Virus record (IMG/VR): IMGVR_UViG_3300029490_000278
Span: 1-13,650 of that record
DNA: 13,650 bases
Origin: a virus
Lineage: Duplodnaviria > Heunggongvirae > Uroviricota > Caudoviricetes
Strand: one strand, 5' to 3'
Both the position numbers and the translations under genes were made by a program. Positions 6,953-13,650 of the stretch are shown here, piece after piece. The first letter of the stretch is position 1. Each line of letters begins with the position of its first letter. A model generated the notes under the pieces. It saw only the letters and a list, made by a program, of their open reading frames with translations. It searched no databases and was not told the origin of the DNA.

Positions 6953-7769
6953 CCCATTTTTCCCGCAACTTCGACGGGCTGAGCACGTTACGGCACCAGA
7001 ACGGATCGCGGCTGACGCGGCTGTACATCTCGCAGATTTGTTTGTGAGTACGACCATCCTGTACACACATCAGGCGAATTTCGTTTGCCCAGGCTGTCCA
7101 GTTCGGTTCTTTGGGACGAACCACCTCGCCGTCACATTCGGCGGCTTGCTCGTACAGGGCGATGATTTTTTTCCAGAGCCACTGTGCGCAGGTCAAATCA
7201 TCCTGCGTTCCCCACTGGCGCTTTTTAGGGCTGAATACAACCGCATCAGGATGGCGAGTTAAAAAATCCTGTTCATCCGTCTGCGTGTCCGGTTGCGAAG
7301 CGTCCGGACGAGAAGGTTTTTTATCTGACGGATCATGTTTTGATTTTACTGACGGATCCCCGCCAGATTCTGACGGGTGAAAACCCGCTTTTTTGCCAGA
7401 TTTCGACGCATCAAATTTTGACGGGTCAGATTTTGATGCGTCAGATTTTGACGGGTCAGAATCTGACAGTTGAGAAAATGCCGCTGCCTGAAGCTTCGCA
7501 ACGTTAAGCTGATAAACATTCGACGCATTGCGGTTACCCTGGCGACGCGCCTTACGCGTTAACCAGCCTTCTGCTTCCAGCCGTGCGATAGCCGTTCTGA
7601 CGGTACTCATCCCCGCGCCAATCTGGCGGGCAATGGTTTCAATTGATGGCCAGCACACACCTTCGTCATTACTGAAATCAGCCAAGCGGGCCATAATTGC
7701 CACGCTGGATAATTTCATGCCTGACGCTGCGCAACCATCCCATACATAGCCGGTTAATTTAGTGCTCAT
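6888..7769 (-). CDS. Replication initiator, O-like (N-terminal winged-helix DNA-binding domain, repetitive acidic/Ser-rich linker)
   Basis: 293-aa ORF, ATG at 7769 with SD AGAGGT 6 nt upstream. N-terminal HTH-like region (SVAIMARLADFSNDEGVCWPSIETIARQIGAGMSTVRTAIARLEAEGWL). Linker (SDSDPSKSDASKSDPSKFDASKSG) is encoded by tandem 15-bp repeats. Sits in the O position of a lambdoid early-right operon. Confidence 0.6.
   Translation of the reverse strand: MSTKLTGYVWDGCAASGMKLSSVAIMARLADFSNDEGVCWPSIETIARQIGAGMSTVRTAIARLEAEGWLTRKARRQGNRNASNVYQLNVAKLQAAAFSQLSDSDPSKSDASKSDPSKFDASKSGKKAGFHPSESGGDPSVKSKHDPSDKKPSRPDASQPDTQTDEQDFLTRHPDAVVFSPKKRQWGTQDDLTCAQWLWKKIIALYEQAAECDGEVVRPKEPNWTAWANEIRLMCVQDGRTHKQICEMYSRVSRDPFWCRNVLSPSKLREKWDELSLRLSPSVSTYTEKREDP
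7399..7458. repeat. Four tandem 15-bp iteron-like repeats (consensus GATTTTGACGGGTCA) inside the O-like gene; candidate origin
   Basis: Units at 7399-7413, 7414-7428, 7429-7443 and 7444-7458, with degenerate copies at 7321-7335, 7366-7380 and 7459-7469. Each unit has internal dyad symmetry (TGAC..GTCA). Confidence 0.6.
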
Positions 7770-7778
7770 GACCGACCT

Positions 7779-8117
7779 CTATTTCCCTGAATTTACGACG
7801 AAACTGTTCGAGCGGGCTGAAGCACTCATGCTCATAGCCTTCACGGAGGTAGATAACCCGTTGTGTTTCCGGCTCCCAACGAATGACTCTGACGGGCACT
7901 CCGTAGTGATCTTTGAACCAGCGGTTAACTTGTCGCAAAGGACTGCCTCCTTCTGCCGGTTGAAATCCCCCACAGCCCACTCTGCAAAGCTGTGGGTTAC
8001 AATTTCCCTGTCACCTGGTACATTCACTGCATAGCAATACTCCACCTTCGCTTTTCCACCCGGTACAGGAAGCGCAATCAGTTGCGAGCGACGGTAGTGT
8101 GTTGTTAAACTGTTCAT
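7779..8117 (-). CDS. Hypothetical early protein (112 aa), possibly frameshifted
   Basis: ATG at 8117 overlaps the upstream stop (ATGA). A -1-frame ORF (7759-7980) continues from a C5/G5 homopolymer at 7967-7971 and would end just before the O-like start. Confidence 0.45.
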   Translation of the reverse strand: MNSLTTHYRRSQLIALPVPGGKAKVEYCYAVNVPGDREIVTHSFAEWAVGDFNRQKEAVLCDKLTAGSKITTECPSESFVGSRKHNGLSTSVKAMSMSASARSNSFVVNSGK

Positions 8118-8677
8118 GCGTTAGTTTCTCCACAGTCACGACACGCCACGGCGCCCGGAGCTGCACACTCGCGGGCGTCATTACTTTCTGAAATGCAAAA
8201 AATTTTGTAGACCAGTGCTGCATGCTCCTGCAGCTTCGAAATTGAGAGGTACAACTCGTCGTTAATTGCTGTCTTCTCATGCGGTTCCACTACACCGTCT
8301 TCAATTGCTGAACGAATCTGTTTTGAATAACTGCCGATCTGTTCAATGACCTCCAGCAGGCGTTGGTTGATATCGGCGTTGTCCACATCCTCGACGTCAG
8401 GAAGAGACACAAAGACGCCATTTGCAGACTGCGCCACAGCATCAGCAATGAAGTGAGTGCCACCAGCACGCTGTAAAACCATTGCCCATCCCAGCGGGAA
8501 AATCTGATCGCCATCTGCACGAAGGCGGTTGAATAAAGCGTTTTCTGTTACATCGAGCCAGTCAGCCGCTTCAGCGTAACCACCCGGCAACGCCGCGATA
8601 GTTTTTCTGACAGCTTTCACGTACCACTCAGGCTGTTTTTCTATTTTCCAGTGATGCTTACCCACGATTAGCCTCAT
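8114..8677 (-). CDS. Early regulatory protein in the cII position (function tentative)
   Basis: 187-aa ORF directly downstream of the cro-like gene, ATG at 8677. Assignment is by synteny with lambdoid early-right operons; no diagnostic motif. Confidence 0.5.
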   Translation of the reverse strand: MRLIVGKHHWKIEKQPEWYVKAVRKTIAALPGGYAEAADWLDVTENALFNRLRADGDQIFPLGWAMVLQRAGGTHFIADAVAQSANGVFVSLPDVEDVDNADINQRLLEVIEQIGSYSKQIRSAIEDGVVEPHEKTAINDELYLSISKLQEHAALVYKIFCISESNDARECAAPGAVACRDCGETNA

Positions 8678-8708
8678 CGTTCTGTGGTTAAAAATTGAAA
8701 GTGTTCTG

Positions 8709-8909
8709 CTAATCTTTCGGATAGATATCCGGTCTTAAGTCAGATTTCGTAATTGCACCTGACGTGCATTGCTCAAGTTTTTTAGCCAGCACAAAACTGG
8801 CTTTTTTATAGCCATTGAAAACCAGCCGTAAGTAGCCAGGTGTTGAGCCAACTTTTCCGGCCAACTCGCCCTGCTGTTCTTTGGTTAAAGAGTCCCAATA
8901 CGCTTTCAT
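8709..8909 (-). CDS. Cro-like small HTH repressor
   Basis: 66 aa from the ATG at 8909, with SD GGAGGT 9 nt upstream. HTH-like sequence (LTKEQQGELAGKVGSTPGYLRLVFNG), divergent from the CI-like gene. The longer listed ORF (to 9212) runs antisense through the repressor gene and is rejected. Confidence 0.7.
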   Translation of the reverse strand: MKAYWDSLTKEQQGELAGKVGSTPGYLRLVFNGYKKASFVLAKKLEQCTSGAITKSDLRPDIYPKD

Positions 8910-8915
8910 ACAATA

Positions 8916-8982
8916 TGTACCTCCGGTGTACATATTACATGATTGAAATGAACCTTCAAGATACTTGTACCTTAACGGTACA
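8916..8982. promoter_or_regulatory. Immunity switch region: divergent promoters plus two TGTAC-N7-GTACA operator palindromes
   Basis: Operators at 8916-8932 (TGTAC ctccggt GTACA) and 8966-8982 (TGTAC cttaacg GTACA). - strand promoter: TTGAAG (complement of 8954-8959), 16-nt spacer, TAATAT (complement of 8932-8937). + strand candidate: TTGTAC (8965-8970), 17-nt spacer, TTTAAT (8988-8993). Confidence 0.55.
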
Positions 8983-8999
8983 AGGGTTTTAATTTCGTT

Positions 9000-9674
9000 A
9001 TGAAAACAATCCATGACATCCGGCGGTCTAACGCCAGAAAACTGAGAGATGGTGTTGGCGGGAATTCTTCCTTTGCCACTATGATTGATCGCGAGCCAAC
9101 CCAGACCAGCAGGTTTATGGGAGATGGTGCTACTAAAAATATCGGTGACAGCATGGCACGACACATCGAAAAATGTTTCGACCTGCCTGTCGGATGGCTC
9201 GATCAAGAACACCAGACAACGAACATCACAAAAAAACCTGATGTTTCAATCACTAATAAACAAATCACATTAGTCCCTGTCATATCATGGGTACAGGCCG
9301 GAGCATGGAAAGAAGTTGGATATTCTGAGGTTGATTTGAGCACAGCAGAAACGTATCCCTGCCCTGTACCCTGTGGGGAAATGACTTATATCTTGCGGGT
9401 GATAGGTGATTCAATGATTGATGAGTACCGCCCGGGAGACATGATTTTTGTCGATCCTGAAGTACCTGCCTGCCACGGTGACGACGTTATTGCATTGATG
9501 CACGATACAGGTGAAACCACCTTCAAAAGGTTGATAGAAGATGGGACACAGCGTTATCTCAAAGCGTTAAACCCAAACTGGCCTGAGCCTTACATTAAGA
9601 TCAACGGTAATTGCTCTATAATTGGTACAGTGATTTTCTCAGGAAAACCAAGAAGATACAAAATCAAAGCCTAA
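9000..9674 (+). CDS. CI-like phage repressor with LexA-type S24 peptidase domain
   Basis: 224-aa ORF with an N-terminal XRE-type HTH and a C-terminal S24 domain (Ser in VIGDSM, Lys in TFKRL). No SD before the ATG at 9000. Confidence 0.85.
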   Translation: MKTIHDIRRSNARKLRDGVGGNSSFATMIDREPTQTSRFMGDGATKNIGDSMARHIEKCFDLPVGWLDQEHQTTNITKKPDVSITNKQITLVPVISWVQAGAWKEVGYSEVDLSTAETYPCPVPCGEMTYILRVIGDSMIDEYRPGDMIFVDPEVPACHGDDVIALMHDTGETTFKRLIEDGTQRYLKALNPNWPEPYIKINGNCSIIGTVIFSGKPRRYKIKA

Positions 9675-9686
9675 TCAATGTTTATG

Positions 9687-9709
9687 AACCTGCTTCGGCA
9701 GGTTTTTTT
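9687..9709 (+). terminator. Rho-independent terminator downstream of the repressor gene
   Basis: 7-bp stem AACCTGC/GCAGGTT with a UUCG tetraloop, followed by a 7-T run (9703-9709), 13 nt after the repressor stop. Confidence 0.8.
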
Positions 9710-9713
9710 ATAC

Positions 9714-9758
9714 TTGACAATGTACCTTTGAGATACATAATGTACCCAAGCGAAACAA
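9714..9758 (+). promoter_or_regulatory. pL-like promoter with embedded operator
   Basis: -35 TTGACA (9714-9719), 16-nt spacer, -10 CATAAT (9736-9741). Operator-like TGTAC-N7-aTACA at 9721-9737 sits between the -35 and -10; a weaker copy (TGTAC at 9742-9746) follows. Confidence 0.55.
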
Positions 9759-9908
9759 CGAACAGGCAGGACGCCCACGAAGTAGCCGCCTGGGGCATAT
9801 GAAGTCCAGGATGATTCGTTAGCAACAAAAAAGCGCCCTACAGGACGCTTAGCTCTTTAACAATCTGGTCCCCATCAACAAGTAACTGATAACTTGAGGA
9901 GATGTGAA

Positions 9909-10115
9909 ATGCACAAAACAGAACCCAAAATCGTCGCGCCTGGCTACACAGATGAGGAAATTTATGAGTGGATGACAAAGAAGCTGGCAGCTATAAACCA
10001 GCTTCGTGAAGTGCTGTCTTATCGACAGGAAACAATAGACTCCTTAAAAAAACTGGATCAGGAAATCACGGTTTTATCACAGGATGTTACTTTAGATATT
10101 GTGCAGACAAATTAG
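9909..10115 (+). CDS. Small hypothetical early protein (68 aa, predicted helical)
   Basis: ATG at 9909 with SD GAGGAG 7 nt upstream; first gene after the pL-like promoter. No recognisable domain. Confidence 0.4.
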   Translation: MHKTEPKIVAPGYTDEEIYEWMTKKLAAINQLREVLSYRQETIDSLKKLDQEITVLSQDVTLDIVQTN

Positions 10116-10521
10116 GATCCCATTCATTTTCGTCAAAATCATCAAAATGATGAATTTGTGATCTCCAGTCTCGATAATCTAAAAATTTCTGGGCGGTTAC
10201 GCTTATTTTATCAAGTGTGAGTTCATCCTGAATTGAAAGAAGAAGTTCATCAAATTTCATCTCATTAATCTGTTTTGGCATCCAGTGATGCTTCATCAGA
10301 ATAAGGTGAACCAGAGCCTTTTTCCCATTCAACTGATTATAGGGAGTGCCGAATTTCTTCCGGTGCTCATGTAAGACAAGGTCCAAAAGAGTAAGTAATG
10401 TTGCCCTTGATTCAACTTTGCTTATTTCGACTGATGACACTACCCCACTGATTTCAATGCCCCGATACTTTCCAACATTTTCACAGTGGGATTTGTACAG
10501 CGTATAGATATTACCGGACAT
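10087..10521 (-). CDS. AT-rich hypothetical protein (144 aa) on the opposite strand of the early-left operon; candidate moron
   Basis: ATG at 10521 with SD AAGGAA about 6 nt upstream. Visibly lower GC than its neighbours. 3' end overlaps the convergent 9909-10115 gene by 29 nt. No motif recognised. Confidence 0.5.
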   Translation of the reverse strand: MSGNIYTLYKSHCENVGKYRGIEISGVVSSVEISKVESRATLLTLLDLVLHEHRKKFGTPYNQLNGKKALVHLILMKHHWMPKQINEMKFDELLLSIQDELTLDKISVTAQKFLDYRDWRSQIHHFDDFDENEWDPNLSAQYLK

Positions 10522-10807
10522 TTCTTTTCCTTTTGCGTTGTTGGGGATAACCAGATTAACCGAATCCTTGTTGTTGGGGAATAACTAGGTCCACCTCGCC
10601 TGATGTGGCTAAAAGCAGGCACATAACAGCTAAGTATTTTCAACCAGAGAGAATCCTTAGCGTTGTGGTGAATGCGGCTCAGCGCACGCGGGTTAAGGTT
10701 GAGGCTGACAGTCGACCTTCTGTGGATACCCACCCGCCTGGTGTGCAACCTTCGCCAGGCACCGGGAGGCACCCGGCACCACAACTTTATGCTGTGTGTA
10801 GTCTTGG

Positions 10808-10852
10808 CGGTACCAGCTTGTACCCTTGCTTCCGGCTGGTACCGTCCTTTTT
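10808..10852 (+). terminator. Candidate intrinsic terminator or structured RNA 3' end
   Basis: Perfect 10-bp stem CGGTACCAGC (10808-10817) / GCTGGTACCG (10835-10844) with a 17-nt loop, followed by TCC then TTTTT (10848-10852). Confidence 0.4.
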
Positions 10853-10941
10853 ACAAAACAGAGAAGAGCATCACCGGACGACGGGCTCATAACCCAATCC
10901 ATCCGGGCGGCTGCCACCGCAGGTGTTCTTCTCTGTTTTGT
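10853..10941. repeat. Perfect 15-bp inverted repeat enclosing a 59-nt GC-rich segment
   Basis: ACAAAACAGAGAAGA (10853-10867) and its exact reverse complement TCTTCTCTGTTTTGT (10927-10941). An 11-bp direct repeat ATCACCGGACG also occurs at 10870-10880 and 10996-11006. Confidence 0.6.
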
Positions 10942-11065
10942 GGAGAAACTAACCGCCCCTACGGGGGCATTTATGGAAATGTAATTGACTCAATAATCAC
11001 CGGACGGTGAGGGCTTCCTTTTACCGGAATTCAGCGCGGTGCAGCGCATATACGTGGAGAACAAA

Positions 11066-11602
11066 ATGTCATTTATTAAAACTTTTTCCGGGAAGCATTT
11101 TTATTATGACAGGATAAATAAAGACGACATCGTTATTAACGATATCGCGGTTTCCCTTTCAAATATCTGTCGCTTTGCAGGACATCTTTCACACTTCTAC
11201 AGTGTCGCCCAACATGCGGTGCTTTGCAGCCAGCTGGTGCCGCAGGAATTTGCTTTTGAAGCTTTAATGCATGATGCAACAGAAGCATATTGCCAGGACA
11301 TCCCCGCACCACTGAAACGACTTCTTCCTGACTATAAACGGATGGAAGAAAAAATAGACGCCGTAATCCGTGAGAAATACGGGTTACCTCCTGTTATGAG
11401 CACGCCAGTGAAATATGCCGATCTCATTATGCTGGCAACCGAACGCCGCGATCTCGGGCTTGATGATGGCTCTTTCTGGCCTGTGCTGGAAGGTATCCCG
11501 GCAACAGAGATGTTCAACGTGATTCCACTGGCTCCAGGCCATGCCTACGGGATGTTTATGGAACGCTTTAACGAATTATCGGAGTTACGCAAATGCGCAT
11601 GA
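11066..11602 (+). CDS. HD-domain phosphohydrolase (5'-deoxynucleotidase-like)
   Basis: 178 aa from the ATG at 11066, with SD GGAGA 5 nt upstream. HD-superfamily motifs: H in FYSVAQHAV, HD in ALMHDATEAY, D in DLIMLATERRD. Stop overlaps the next start (ATGCGCATGA). Confidence 0.8.
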   Translation: MSFIKTFSGKHFYYDRINKDDIVINDIAVSLSNICRFAGHLSHFYSVAQHAVLCSQLVPQEFAFEALMHDATEAYCQDIPAPLKRLLPDYKRMEEKIDAVIREKYGLPPVMSTPVKYADLIMLATERRDLGLDDGSFWPVLEGIPATEMFNVIPLAPGHAYGMFMERFNELSELRKCA

Positions 11603-11955
11603 ATGTTTTCGAAATGGAAGGGTTTCTTCGTGGGAGATGTGTACCGCGAGATCTGAAAGTGAATGAAACGGATGCTGAATACCTGGTGCGTAAATTCGAT
11701 GCGCTTGAAGCTAAATGTGCAGCACAGGAAAACAAAGTAATACCAGTGTCAACTGAACTGCCACCAGCAAATGAAAGTGTTTTGTTATTCGATGCTAACG
11801 GAGAAGGCTGGCTAATTGGCTGGCGTTCTCTCTGGTACACCTGGGGACAAAAAGAAACCGGAGAATGGCAGTGGACATTTCAGGTCGGGGACCTTGAAAA
11901 CGTCAATATCACTCACTGGGCAGTAATGCCAAAAGCACCGGAGGCTGGAGCATAA
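11593..11955 (+). CDS. DUF551-like phage protein (tentative)
   Basis: 120-aa ORF translationally coupled on both sides (shares TAATG with the next gene). Domain call is from recalled sequence pattern only. Confidence 0.5.
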   Translation: MRMNVFEMEGFLRGRCVPRDLKVNETDAEYLVRKFDALEAKCAAQENKVIPVSTELPPANESVLLFDANGEGWLIGWRSLWYTWGQKETGEWQWTFQVGDLENVNITHWAVMPKAPEAGA

Positions 11956-12260
11956 TGACCACTTTTACCGACAAAGAACTGATTAAAGAAATTAAAGAGC
12001 GTATCAGCAGCCTTGACGTGCGAGACGATATTGAGCGCCGTGCTTATGAAATCGCACTCCTATCTCTGGAAGTAGAACCAGATGAACGCGAAGCTTATGA
12101 ATTATTCATGGAAAAGCGTTTCGGTGACTTAGTAGATCGTCGGAGAGCAAAAAACGGCGATAACGAATACATGGCATGGGATATGACTCTCGGTTGGATC
12201 GTCTGGCAGCAACGAGCTGGTATCCATTTTTCAACAATGTCACAACAAGAGGTGAAATAA
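11955..12260 (+). CDS. Hypothetical phage protein (101 aa)
   Basis: Start ATG overlaps the upstream stop (TAATG) and its stop overlaps the excisionase start (TAATG), so it is part of a tightly coupled operon. Confidence 0.45.
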   Translation: MTTFTDKELIKEIKERISSLDVRDDIERRAYEIALLSLEVEPDEREAYELFMEKRFGDLVDRRRAKNGDNEYMAWDMTLGWIVWQQRAGIHFSTMSQQEVK

Positions 12261-12610
12261 TGGAGCCATACAGCCTCACACTCGATGAGGCCTGTCATTT
12301 TCTCAAGATATCCAGACCGACTGCCATTAACTGGATACGCACAGGGCGTCTTCAGGCAACACGCAAAGATCCCACTAAGAATAAATCTCCTTACCTCACA
12401 ACACGACAAGCCTGCATTGCGGCTCTTCAGTCTCCGCTGCATACTGTCCAGGTGAGCGCGGGTGATGGCATAACAGAGGAAAGAAAATGTCACTCTTCCG
12501 CAGAGGTGAAATATGGTACGCCAGTTTCACATTGCCGAACGGTAAAAGATTTAAACAGTCTCTTGGAACAAAGGACAAAAGGCAGGCGACAGAACTCCAT
12601 GACAAGCTAA
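12260..12610 (+). CDS. xis: Excisionase-family HTH DNA-binding protein
   Basis: HTH region [26 protein letters not shown] immediately upstream of the integrase. Start taken as the ATG at 12260; the ORF track starts the frame at 12176. The frame runs to 12610, overlapping int by 124 nt. Confidence 0.55.
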   Translation: MEPYSLTLDEACHFLKISRPTAINWIRTGRLQATRKDPTKNKSPYLTTRQACIAALQSPLHTVQVSAGDGITEERKCHSSAEVKYGTPVSHCRTVKDLNSLLEQRTKGRRQNSMTS

Positions 12611-13650
12611 AGGCTGAAGCATGGCGGGTCAGCAAACTTGGTGAAATACCTGATATAACGTTCGAGGAAGCTTGTGTCAGGTGGCTTGAAGAGAAAGCAC
12701 ATAAAAAATCACTGGACGATGACAAAAGCCGGATCGGATTCTGGCTTCAACATTTCGCAGGAATGCAACTAAGAGACATTACTGAATCAAAAATTTATTC
12801 AGCAATGCAGAAAATGACGAACCGGCGTCATGAGGAAAACTGGAAACTCAGGGCAGAAGCATGCAGAAAAAAAGGGAAACCTGTTCCAGAATACACGCCA
12901 AAACCAGCGTCCGTTGCAACGAAGGCTACGCATCTTTCATTTATAAAGGCCCTACTAAGAGCCGCAGAGCGTGAATGGAAAATGCTGGATAAGGCACCAA
13001 TTATTAAAGTGCCTCAACCAAAGAATAAACGGATCCGCTGGCTGGAGCCCCATGAAGCACAAAGGCTGATTGATGAATGTCCGGAGCCATTAAAGTCTGT
13101 TGTTGAATTTGCACTGGCAACAGGCTTAAGACGCTCGAACATCATCAACCTTGAATGGCAACAAATAGATATGCAGCGCCGGGTGGCATGGATAAACCCG
13201 GAAGAGAGTAAATCAAACCGCGCAATTGGCGTTGCGCTGAATGATACTGCATGTCGCGTATTGAAAAAACAAATCGGGAATCATCACCGTTGGGTATTTG
13301 TGTACAAGGAAAGCTGTACCAAACCAGACGGAACGAAAGCGCCAACAGTAAGGAAGATGCGGTATGACGCAAACACAGCCTGGAAAGCGGCGCTGAGACG
13401 GGCTGGTATTGATGATTTCAGATTTCACGACTTGAGACACACCTGGGCAAGTTGGCTGGTTCAAGCCGGAGTCCCGTTGTCAGTGTTACAGGAAATGGGA
13501 GGCTGGGAGTCTATCGAAATGGTTCGTCGATATGCTCACCTTGCACCTAATCACCTTACCGAACACGCACGGCAAATAGACTCGATCCTGAACCCATCGG
13601 TCCCAAATTTGTCCCAGTCAAAAAATAAGGAAGGTACTAATGATGTGTAA
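12487..13650 (+). CDS. int: Tyrosine recombinase, phage integrase
   Basis: 387-aa ORF with SD GAGGAA 6 nt upstream. Catalytic signature is present: R in [18 protein letters not shown] box, terminal RRYAHL with the Tyr nucleophile. From memory it resembles the e14 IntE family (unverified). Confidence 0.95.
   Translation: MSLFRRGEIWYASFTLPNGKRFKQSLGTKDKRQATELHDKLKAEAWRVSKLGEIPDITFEEACVRWLEEKAHKKSLDDDKSRIGFWLQHFAGMQLRDITESKIYSAMQKMTNRRHEENWKLRAEACRKKGKPVPEYTPKPASVATKATHLSFIKALLRAAEREWKMLDKAPIIKVPQPKNKRIRWLEPHEAQRLIDECPEPLKSVVEFALATGLRRSNIINLEWQQIDMQRRVAWINPEESKSNRAIGVALNDTACRVLKKQIGNHHRWVFVYKESCTKPDGTKAPTVRKMRYDANTAWKAALRRAGIDDFRFHDLRHTWASWLVQAGVPLSVLQEMGGWESIEMVRRYAHLAPNHLTEHARQIDSILNPSVPNLSQSKNKEGTNDV

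Noticed and set aside
7038-7749. ORFs 7038-7262 (+), 7111-7380 (+), 7346-7528 (-) and 7528-7749 (+) across the O-like gene
   Set aside because: Alternate-frame artefacts. The 7346-7528 ORF translates to a periodic QNLTR pattern, which is simply the 15-bp iteron repeat read in another frame.
8011-8520. - strand ORFs 8011-8280 and 8290-8520
   Set aside because: Alternate-frame ORFs inside the 187-aa and 112-aa genes, with no independent support.
8709-9212. Long 167-aa version of the cro-like ORF, and ORFs 8972-9166 and 9085-9273
   Set aside because: The N-terminal extension runs antisense through the repressor gene and across the operator region; the SD-supported ATG at 8909 gives a normal 66-aa Cro-like protein.
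9611-9802. 63-aa + strand ORF spanning the repressor terminator and pL-like promoter
   Set aside because: It would be translated through an intrinsic terminator and a promoter; no SD.
10440-11010. ORFs 10440-10784 (-), 10605-10892 (+), 10672-11010 (+) and 10693-10917 (-)
   Set aside because: Mutually overlapping, Arg/Pro/Gly-rich, no SD, and full of perfect inverted repeats; more consistent with structured non-coding DNA.
10600-11065. Retron msr/msd or type III toxin-antitoxin RNA
   Set aside because: No reverse-transcriptase gene nearby, and the repeats are dispersed direct and inverted repeats rather than tandem units followed by an endoribonuclease gene.
11332-13464. - strand ORFs 11332-11517, 11568-11840, 12095-12493, 12396-12725, 13145-13372 and 13213-13464
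   Set aside because: All are antisense to the translationally coupled HD to int operon; treated as shadow ORFs.
1-13650. CRISPR arrays, tRNA, rRNA and IS elements
   Set aside because: No regularly spaced short repeats, no tRNA-like T-arm or anticodon-stem pattern spotted by eye, and no transposase ORF or terminal inverted repeats flanking a gene.

Overview
The window reads as the integrase-proximal half of a lambdoid, probably e14-like, prophage from an enterobacterial genome. On the + strand, running toward the window end: a CI-like S24 repressor (9000-9674), a canonical intrinsic terminator, a strong promoter carrying operator-like palindromes, a small early gene, an HD-domain phosphohydrolase, a DUF551-like protein, a small hypothetical, an excisionase and a tyrosine integrase. 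The window ends exactly at the int stop, so the attachment site is not visible. On the - strand, running toward base 1: a Cro-like protein, a cII-position protein, a 112-aa gene with a possible frameshift, an O-like replication initiator with 15-bp iteron-like repeats inside it, a RusA-like resolvase with an atypical N-terminus, a KilA-N protein, a nin-region protein with a Cys/His motif, a small Q-like protein, then a small helical protein and an amino-type DNA methyltransferase. The most interesting feature is an AT-rich two-gene cassette (1659-4498) on the opposite strand, between the Q-like gene and the last two genes: an OLD-family ABC-ATPase/TOPRIM nuclease followed 26 nt later by a Dcm-type C5-cytosine methyltransferase. 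This looks like a candidate restriction-modification-like or phage-exclusion module; I cannot establish from memory whether this pairing has been described. Other points worth a second look are a TGTAC-N7-GTACA operator family at both immunity promoters, an AT-rich antisense moron (10087-10521), and a structured ~450-nt non-coding stretch (10600-11065). All calls rest on motif recognition and ORF geometry by eye; no database search or computation was run, and GC statements are visual estimates.
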